Of a DNA stretch of 55,419 nucleotides, positions 46,072-55,419 are shown piece after piece. Origin of the DNA: Intoshia linei (Eukaryota; Animalia; Orthonectida); NCBI GenBank assembly GCA_001642005.1, contig LWCA01000100.1, positions 1 to 55,419 of the forward strand. Direction: 5' to 3'. Position numbers and translations under genes: made by a program. The notes beneath the pieces are model-generated. The model saw nothing but the letters and a program-made list of their open reading frames with translations, did no database searches and was not told the origin of the DNA. Position 1 is the first letter of the stretch, and every line of letters begins with the position of its first letter.

Positions 46072-47677
46072 TAAAGCTGCCAGATTAAAAACGTACTCAT
46101 ATTACTTAGTTACAAAATTATGTTGAATTGGAATTTTACAAGTTATTAGTTTTAAACTATATAAAATACAATTGTAAATTAAAATTTAATTTAAATATTT
46201 TATTATTTGAATTGTAAATGATTTCACATTATTTGAATTAATGGTATACCATAGCGTATTACATTTTAAAAATTATTAAAATTTATTATAATACAGACCC
46301 GTGCAAAAGTTTTAGGCACCCCCTTTAAACGGCTATATTAAGATAACGATATTTCGAATCTTCTTAAAATTTTGTTAAAGTAATTAAAATTCATAGATAA
46401 TTATGTGCCTATTAACAAAATATATAAAATGTACATTGAAACGATGGAAACAAAAATTTTTTAAAATATGACCGTGCAAAAGTTTTATATAACATAGTTT
46501 ATTTTATTAAGTAAAGACTTGAATAAATTCTTTATATATTCATCGGGTATTTTATAAAATTATTCCCTTGTAACAGTCCAAAGTTGTTCCAAATTTCTTG
46601 GTTAAATTTTTGAAACATTTATCTTAAGCATACTCCATACATGCTTAATTATATTGAGATCTGGACTTTGTGGGGGCCAACTATCAAGCGTATTTAGGTA
46701 TCTATTTTTGATAAAGTAGTTTGTCATTCGTGATCCATGGCATGGTGCTCCATTATGCTGGAAAATATATCGTGTATCATGAAGTTCATTGATATACCTA
46801 TTCAAAATCCTAATGTATTCAACAGAATTAACTCTATTAGCACACCTTACAATGATTCTTTGTCCATTTTCTATTATGGCACCTCATATCATAATACTGC
46901 TGCTAAATTTTACCGTACTATTAATGTGGGTGTACCTACTATGACGTTCTTTGGTACGTCTAACATATTTTCGAACCCTTCAAAATAACAACACCACTTA
47001 GTCACCAAACAGACGGACACAATGGTTTCTTTGCAACTCTTCCAAAACGTCCACCCATTCTTAGATTTTGTTTTATGGTATCAATACTGATATTTGCTCC
47101 CAATGGAAGCTGTGATTTTAGATCAGATGCTGTCATAAATGGGTCTTTTTTGAACAAACGTATCAACAATCTCCTCTCTTTGGAATGTAAAACATGTTGA
47201 CGTCCTGATCTCTTTCTATTTTTAAGAGGAATACCATTTTTATGTTTTTTTATTATTTCCTGAACTGGAAATCTCGATATTGAGAGCTTTCGGGTGATTT
47301 TTGTCTGCGGGTAACCTTTTTTGTAAAAATCGACTATTAATTTCCTTTTTTCTATGCTAATTTGTGGCATCTGTAGTGTCTAATATTATTATAACTATAA
47401 TAAAAATTATTTGCATACCAATGAATAATAAACGGTTTAAATTAGCAAGTGCTTAAAACTTTTACACGGTGAATATAGACAATATTTATTAAATTATTGA
47501 TACAACATTGTTGTTAAGGTAATAATTAATTAAAAATGATGGAATGTGATGACTTGTTTTTTTACAATATTTATAGTCAAAAAAATCATGAAAAACGTTG
47601 TCATTTAGGAACCAGAACTTTTTATCTAAGGTGCCTAAACCGTACTTTTACAAAAAAACGTACTTCTGGCAGCTTTA
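46072..47677. mobile_element. hAT (Blackjack-like) MITE shell hosting the Tc1 element
   Basis: Perfect 13-bp TIR TAAAGCTGCCAGA / TCTGGCAGCTTTA; flanking repeat (A)CCTAAAT. Confidence 0.7.
46294..47639 (-). mobile_element. Tc1-family transposon, inactive
   Basis: TA|CAGACCCGTGCAAAAGTTTTAGGCAC end; paired-like HTH ORF 47002-47370; catalytic fragment FQHNGAPCH...WPPQSPDLNIIKHVW with D>N and E>K changes and frameshifts. Right TIR truncated. Confidence 0.92.
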
Positions 47678-50600
47678 CCTAAATAATATATTAGAATGGT
47701 TTAAATTTTGATTCATGAAATTAAAATTAAATAGCTTTTTGAATTTTTTGATCCGTAATCTAGGTATACAATTTAAAATTTCTCATATTGTCATGTTCTG
47801 ACTTGTATATTTTGTGATTACATAAAATTATAATGTTTTTATTGATTTTATATAGTCTATTTTACAATTATTGATAATAATCAATGGAATATTAAACGAC
47901 GGTTTTAACTATTTTTTATGATATGAGTTTTATAATTTGACATCAATCATATATTCGGTTAGTCACCCACTTGATGATATTAATAAACCAAGTATAATAT
48001 AAACGAAACAACTTGTAAACAATAAATTTACAAACTTTATTTACGTTGCATTATTTTATCATGGAAGTTAATATATATAATATTTTACCATAATTGATTG
48101 TTTATTCCTCTATTTTTTTTAAGAATGTGATTATCGAACTCTTTAAGGCTAACTTCATCATTATATTAGTTTATTCGTACTTTTAATAACATATAATTAT
48201 GTAAAGTTATAATTGTGTTTTTCAAAATTTATAGAATAAGAACTCGTTATTATTTTTTAATCTTCCCATGACTAGTAATTAATTAGTTAATTAACGATAC
48301 TTGAAATAGATTCAAGTATTTACAAATAAGCCAAAGATTCTAAATCAGATGCCCTATAATATAGGGCATATAAATCAGTAAAAAGTAAGTTAAGTGAATT
48401 TATAAGTAGAAAAGTTTTGTACTGATTGTTTTTTGAACCATTTTGCCATTAATCTGATATGCATTTTGACCATGAAGGTATCCGTTTCTGAAGTTGAGAT
48501 TAACTATAATTTTAATGATTTTAAAACGCGTCCCAAAGTGTATGTTTTATTAACTTTTTGGACTGATTTTTTTTAAATAAAAGGAAAAATTGGCTTGTTG
48601 ATCCTGAAGGACTCAAATTCTGAAACTAAAAAATAGATAAAAACACGCTCTAGGAAAAACTGTATTAGAAATTTGGTTTTTTTAAATCATACAATTTTCA
48701 ATTTTTTCAATAAATGGTTAAACACACACATTCATTTTTATATAAGTAAAACTAATTAAAACTGAAACAAACACAGAAAATATAACTTTAAATTAAATTT
48801 TTATATCGATAATTACAAAACTTTTTAAATTAATGTTAATTATTTATTTATTTACTTTATTTGAAAACCAATTCCATTGTAAAAGTTTGAATTAAATTAG
48901 AACAAAATTAAAAATTGCATGTTAATCATGACCGCTTACGTAGACAGTCCAAACTAGTCAATATTATGAACAAAATCAAATTCAAACAATAGTCGACAGC
49001 TATCTGTGTTAATAACATGAAAATATAAATAAAATTACAAGTACATAACAGACAATTTGATAATTTCATATAAGTAAGGATTATAAAAAATTTTGATCAC
49101 TTTTTATCTTCAATTTAAAGTCGAAAAGAATATAATAACTGACACTAAAAATGAAAAATGACCAGAAAATAAAAAAGCTAAAATTGTACAATATTATATT
49201 TAAACCTATAAATATAAAATTATTAAAATCTTGAAAGCCGTAATGATTTAAAGTGTAAATGGATATGCTAATCGGTAATCTGATATTCATTTTTCATTAC
49301 AAAAAACTTATAACGAAGTATATTATAATATAAGTTGAAAGTTGCGCTATGCATTGCACTACTTGCACATAAAATAAAAATAAATTTATAAATGAACTGA
49401 TTCAATTGACACATTAAAGTACATGCATTATTCACATAAAAAATAAATAAAATTTGCATTATTAATATTATAATTTTTATCTATTCAACCAGATGCATAC
49501 CAAATGCATTTAAATGTTTAATTAATTTATTCGATATTTAAAAAAACATTTATGTATTAATTTAAAAATACATTTAAACCCATTGTATCATTAAAATGGC
49601 ATACAAAATAATCTTATTATAATGTACACCAAAAATATGACATTAAATTGATAAAAACCCTACATACAATTACTGAAAACTTGAAAAATAAAATTGATAA
49701 TATTGATTTTTAATTGTAATCTATATAATTATAAATTTTCACAAAGTCTATTTATCCATGTCACAATGGCACAATATTATACATAATCTCACATTGAATT
49801 AATCAAATTGAATTAGCTCTAGCTTTTCCACCATCATATTTTGATGTCTGACAGGTTTTATAATTAATTCCCGAGATAACATCTAATCACTTCAACATGT
49901 TTCTAATTATTTTTAAATAAATTGAATAATTTATTATTCAAGTCAACTAAATATCAAATTCAGACTGCAATGTATGTCTTTATTACATTACAAAATTTTC
50001 TTCATCGATAAAAGGTAATCTTTTGCATGATAATTACTACAATAATATTAACCAAGAAAGTATAAATTCACGATTCATAAATTTAAGTTGATTCAAATAA
50101 ACGACAAGAATTTACAGTGTGAGTAGTGTCAAAATAGAAAGTTGGATATTTTGAAATTTACAGACGATACAATATTGTACAACAGGTGTGCAATTTTTTA
50201 ATTAAAATGTAATACTGAAATGTGACATAACTGGGGCACATAAATATAATTTAAAAATTACATGGCGTCAAAAAGTGTTAAACGGCAAATGGTATCAGTT
50301 AATTAAAATTTGAAGCCGAGTGTATATAAATCCAAGTTACAAAATGAAATTTTTTTGAATAGACTCATGCAACCATTAATAAATATATTAGCAAAATTTC
50401 AATGGAACCTCTTGGATATCTAATTAAATTGTAAGTAAAATCGTTTCATGTATATTTATAAATTATTCACATTGTAATGTAAAAATGTACAATTATTCAC
50501 ATGTACGATATAATTGATCAAATTGCACTTGTAAGTGAAAAAAAAGTGAAAAATTGATAAAAGTTACTAAAAAATGTTAAATTAAAAAATTACTCAAATA

Positions 50601-50965
50601 ATTTTAAAAATACTAAATTGATGGTATCATTGAATAAATAAATAACCCATTAATAATTATGAGACTAATCCACACAGACGATTGAATTTTGACAAACTAA
50701 TCTAGTTTATTCTCAAATTTATGAATTCAATTGCTCACGAAAAATAATGTACCGCTCTGATATCGAAAATCAATAATGATTGCTGCAATACGACAGTATT
50801 GGTGCATTTTTACAAATTCAAATAGATACATATAAAAATAAACTATGGCATATTTATCCATATTTAGCTTGCATTACAATGCGCCACACCTTATATTTTG
50901 AAAATAAACCTAAGTTTACATCTTATATATTTATTTTATTTTTCATCAATATAGACGATGAAATT

Positions 50966-53212
50966 ATGAAAATTCACATTTATGGAAATTGGTTTATCGT
51001 TACTGTTTTATATCTACCTTTATGCATTTATGGCCAATTTAACACAACACAAGAAAATATCTTAAAATGTAATTTTTATATGCTTTTTATAGAAAACTAG
51101 CTTCACTGATATATATTTGGTACAAATATGAGTTAGTCTGCCGAGGTCCATTTTATATATACTTTTTAATTGATTATAATCAACTTGTCAATCAATTTAA
51201 TATAAATTTAAAAACATTCGAATTATAGTTTAAAACTCTAAAAATCATCATAAATAACATGAATTCCAGTAACAATAAAATTTGAGATACATTTGTACTA
51301 AATTTTAGTACATAATTTTTCCTTATAATATGCATTTCGAATGAAATCAAAAAATGTTATCAAAATTGAAATAAATCTCAAAATTATACTAACAAAGTTA
51401 TACTAAAGTTGATTCCAAACTTTGAAAGTTTTTGAAAATGAGAAATTGCGTAGCAATGATAAAAAAAGAAAAGGAATTAATTAATAAGATTGAAACCCAT
51501 ATTTCTGTATTTCAAATATGTATACGATCAATTCAAATTTTTTTTGAAATTGTAGGATGAATATTTACATTTTTAATTTTGATTCATATATTTGAAAAAT
51601 ATTGGTTGATAATATATTAAAATTTATTTTTGACTGTAAATGCGTAAATTTCTGAGTTTGAAATTTAGTATCTAGACCAGGCGTGCACAACGTGCGGGCG
51701 TGGGTAATCCATCTAATCATGATGCAATATATCATTTTACTTCAAATTGAAATGTTTAAATCAGATTTCATTCAAGGGCTATTTAAAATATTTTAATCAA
51801 AGGGCACACAAAATTAAGGCAGTCACTGATATCTTTTTTATGTAATTATTAATATTTACATATTTATTTTTATGTTTTTATATCTTCCACTCTAATGTAT
51901 CCACAAATCGGTTTTTATTGGAGCTTTTTTCTGTCGTCCATATTTATATTTTAACTTATATAATATGCTACGCGATTTTTGTTTGTCTGTGTACCACTTT
52001 ATTGAAATAACTAACAGTCTTAGAATTTTATAAAGTCCACATTTTAATTACAGTTTTTTCCTAGACGTATAAGATAAATTTCAACCTCCCAATTTCACAT
52101 CTTACGGGTCAAAAAGCCCAATTGTCCTTTTTTTAAAAATCAAACGAGTTCTAAAATTTAAAATAATAAATACTCTGATACGGATTTTAAAATCATAAAC
52201 ATTATCGTAAATTTAAATTTAAAAAAATTATATCTTCAGGGCCAAAACCCAAAATCACCCTTCCTTTTTTTTGAAAACAGCCCTAGAATTTAAAAAAATT
52301 TACAAGTGGTACAGTTTAATCATGTTAACACATACAAAAAATTTCAATCTGAATAAGTGACGACTTCACGGTCAAAAAAGCATTTTAATTCATATATTTT
52401 TTTCCGAAATATATTTTATTACTCTTACGAGACAATTGCATGTATAGATGCCAAAAACTACACTTATATATTTACATTGGTTTGTATACAAACCATAAGA
52501 CGGTACCAATATAAATTTTGAACAAATAACTGCTCATACAATAACATGTAATATGCGTAAAAATTAATTTTATTATCAATGTTTACTTTGTGTTAACAAT
52601 AAAATAAATTATATTTGAAATACAATACGTGATTGTAATTGCGTGTCATAAATTAAATATATTTTATTGCTAATTCTTAGCCAAATATTAAAGCCAAATT
52701 TAAGTTGTTCACTTTACAAATCAATGACATTTGAAATTTGTGAATTTTGAGCTTTAAATTTTGGTGTTTTTTAACATTGCAAAAGTGAAATTTTTTGCTT
52801 TCAATTTTGAAAATCAGCATAGTCTCGTAAGGTTTAAATCAAAAAATGTGAAATAATTAACGGTCCGAAAATTAAAAAAGAAAATTATTCTGATAGAGCT
52901 TATTCCAATTGATATAAACACAAAATTTCAACCCCAGAAATCTACGCATTCCCTGTGAAATAATAATTTTTAATATAATATCAACCAATATTTTTTTGGT
53001 ATAATAAAAATGTGCCCTCAGCAGAGCTATGTGCTGTTTGTACGTAGTACATAACAATCAACCTAGTATTATATATAATAAACTTTTATAGTAACCATGT
53101 GCCACGATGATGAACCTCAAATCATTAAGTGCGAAAAAACATTTGTAATTGACATTGCTGTAGCTCTATTAGGTCGAATGAGTTTGGGACGTTGTGTCAA
53201 TCAAAATTATGG
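50966..53212 (+). CDS. Secreted SUEL/galactose-rhamnose lectin-like protein, first two exons (50966-51068, 53092-53212); remainder not found in window
   Basis: Signal-peptide-like MKIHIYGNWFIVTVLYLPLCIYG; phase-1 splice into TMCHDDEPQIIKCEKTFVIDIAVALLGRMSLGRCVNQNYG, which matches the SUEL pattern C..C...VI.I..A.YGR....C. Confidence 0.7.
51950..53066 (+). mobile_element. Non-autonomous Helitron interrupted by a piggyBac-like MITE
   Basis: 5' TAACTTATATAATATGC plus TGTC repeat; 3' hairpin TGTTTGTAC-GTA-GTACATAACA then CTAG|T at 53063-53066. Confidence 0.75.
52422..52833. mobile_element. piggyBac-like MITE
   Basis: TIR core CTTACGAGAC / GTCTCGTAAG, right flank TTAA, left flank TTA; the host Helitron is uninterrupted in the copy near 17815. 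Confidence 0.65.
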
Positions 53213-53415
53213 GTAACTTATTAAAATTAATTAATATAAAAACATGTATACATAATAATATTACATACATGTGTAATACAAACAAATAAATAATTAAATA
53301 CATGTATTTAATATCCTTCTCGTCAAAATAAAAGTGCACCCTTTGAAAAATTATTGCCTTAGTTTTTGTATACGTATTTGTACGATTCTAAGCTCTTGGT
53401 TTTATTGCTTATTTG

Positions 53416-54252
53416 TAGGGCGAACAATGTCATAAAAATAATTTTTTTAATGAGGCATATCGATTTTTAAAAAGTCATAAATGTCATATTTCTGACATAG
53501 TTGTCATAATAATATTAATAAAGTAATAATTTAAAGAAATGTTTATTTTCCTTAAAACGATGATATAAATTAAAAATTTTTAATTATACTGTATGAAATG
53601 AAATCACTAAAAAATTTTATTCGTAGCTATTTAACTATGAAACCTCATTATCAACTGTCGAAAAGTCCGTTTATGTTGTTGAAGAATATATTATCCGATG
53701 AAAGAAATTTTTTAAAAACTAATATTTATAAATATATTCTGTTGTACTATAAAAGCGGTTACCAACATACTTCACAGTTGGTACCCCAAACAAAAAAAAT
53801 AAATTCATACCCATAATAATTTAAATTTAGTCTAACAATGACATTAAAAATATTGTTAAAACTCTTATTTAATTAAACTGTTAATTAGTCTTGACCCAAA
53901 ATAGATATCTAAAAAATCTTTAATGATTGAACTGATGCAATATGGACGTAACTATAATTAATATATTAAAATACAACCTTAAAATCACAAAAACTATCGA
54001 ATAGACGTAAATACATAAGGAACTATGTATATTATTACAAATTAATTTTTATTTTTGAAATTTAAAAGATATCTACAATTTATGAGTCATAGTATAAGAT
54101 GACTGGTGGCCTAAAATAATTTCTAAATTAATTAAAAAGTACCTTAATTTGGTAACCGATGTGCTATAATAAATGACTGTCATAAAAAGTAATATTTATT
54201 TTGTGAAATGTCATACTTTTTTTCAATTTTTGGTCATAAATAAATTGCCCTA
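53416..54252. mobile_element. hAT MITE containing a nested second hAT MITE (53753-54161)
   Basis: Outer TIRs TAGGGCGA / TTGCCCTA with perfect TSD CTTATTTG. Inner TIRs CGGTTACCAA / TTGGTAACCG with TSD TACTATAA / TGCTATAA. Confidence 0.8.
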
Positions 54253-55066
54253 CTTATTTGTCAATAGTGTTTCATCATAAACTCCATGTATTTTGATATT
54301 TTTTTCTTTATGACATTTAATTATAATTTAAATTGACATGAATAATTTTTCAAGTGTGTTAAACTTAAAATGAGTATTTTTAGCACGCAAACGCTACCAA
54401 TACTGAGCTACATGATCAGAGCCTTACCTACCATGAACGAGGCCACTAAAAATATAAATTGGCTCCTGAATCAATGTTTTCAAACGATGCGTAATGCCAT
54501 ATAGTTCCTAGCACCTATTTACGGGCTTGGGCTAGCCATTTTAAATTTGATACTGAAAATATTGGATATTCAAAAATACATTTTTTTTAAATGAAGCTAC
54601 CATTTTTCTAATATTTCGTCAAAGAGCTCCCGCCTGGTCTCGGTACGATAGGTTCTGTTCTGTATTTATGATCTACAATTTTTTTTCCATCCATTGCAGT
54701 TCATATATTAAAATTGAATTAATAGAGAAGGTATAATAAATGCTAGATTTTAATTTTCTAAGTCAACGCCCGATTATTAAACCGGATTATTCTAGTGTTT
54801 AAATAAGTTTGTAATTATTTTATGCGCATTGCACATCATTGCAAAATCTGTCAAATTAAAGATTTATATTTTTCATTTTATTTTATGTCAAATTCTTCAA
54901 TCAATGTAATTAGCTAAATTGAATTAAAATTCGAGATTCTGTCAATGCATTGTCTCAAATATACAAATATTTTGCAAACTTTAAATAGAACACATATTGA
55001 AATGTCAATATATATTTTGTAATATGCTTTGTAAATCATACTAAATGTCATTTTCTTCTATAATTA

Positions 55067-55419
55067 TCCTAACTTATATAATATGCGACGCGATTTTTGT
55101 TTGTCTGTCTGTGTGTGTGTCCTACTTTAATGAAATAACTAGCACTCTTACAATTTTTTAAAAACCACATTTCAATTACAGTTTTTTCCGGGGCGTATAA
55201 TAAAATAAATTTCAACCTCCCAAACTCACATCTTACGGGTCAAAAACTCCAATTGTCCCTCTTTTTGAAAATCCAACGAGTTAAAGAATTTAAAAAAATA
55301 TATACACTGATGCGGATTTTAAATTCATAAATTTAGAAAAATGATATCTTCAGGGCCAAAACACTAAATTACCCTTCTTTTTTTAATGAAAACAGCTCTA
55401 GAATTTCAAAAAATTTCAA
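55067..55419 (+). mobile_element. Non-autonomous Helitron 5' portion, runs off the window
   Basis: A|TCCTAACTTATATAATATGCGACGCG followed by a (TGTC)/(TG) microsatellite; homologous to 3033 and 51950. Confidence 0.7.

Noticed and set aside
54380-54412. tRNA A-box-like TAGCTCAGTATTGGTAGC on the minus strand
   Set aside because: No B box, T arm or acceptor stem; not a tRNA.

Overview
Very AT-rich eukaryotic (metazoan) genomic DNA, not prokaryotic. Genes are densely packed and have a bimodal intron architecture: many 34-46 bp micro-introns plus kb-sized introns filled with DNA-transposon debris. This is reminiscent of a compact parasite genome such as the orthonectid Intoshia (inference only). 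Manual splicing recovers complete genes for Polo-like kinase 1 (-), proteasome lid subunit PSMD7/Rpn8 (-), an Aurora kinase with a very long basic N-terminus (+) and FACT subunit SPT16 (-), plus a 5'-incomplete SLC5 sodium:solute symporter (+). Four small multi-exon genes are largely invisible in the ORF track: a miniaturised CCDC28-like coiled-coil protein, a small 3-TM protein head-to-head with it, an orphan single-pass membrane protein with an adaptor-like tail, and a secreted SUEL/Gal-lectin-like protein that runs off the window. Repeats include a non-autonomous Helitron family, many hAT MITEs with 8-bp TSDs (several nested), a dead Tc1, pogo/Tigger remnants, a piggyBac-like MITE and a foldback element. 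An N at 37348 probably marks an assembly join. All gene models were built by eye and all homology calls are from remembered motifs, not database searches.
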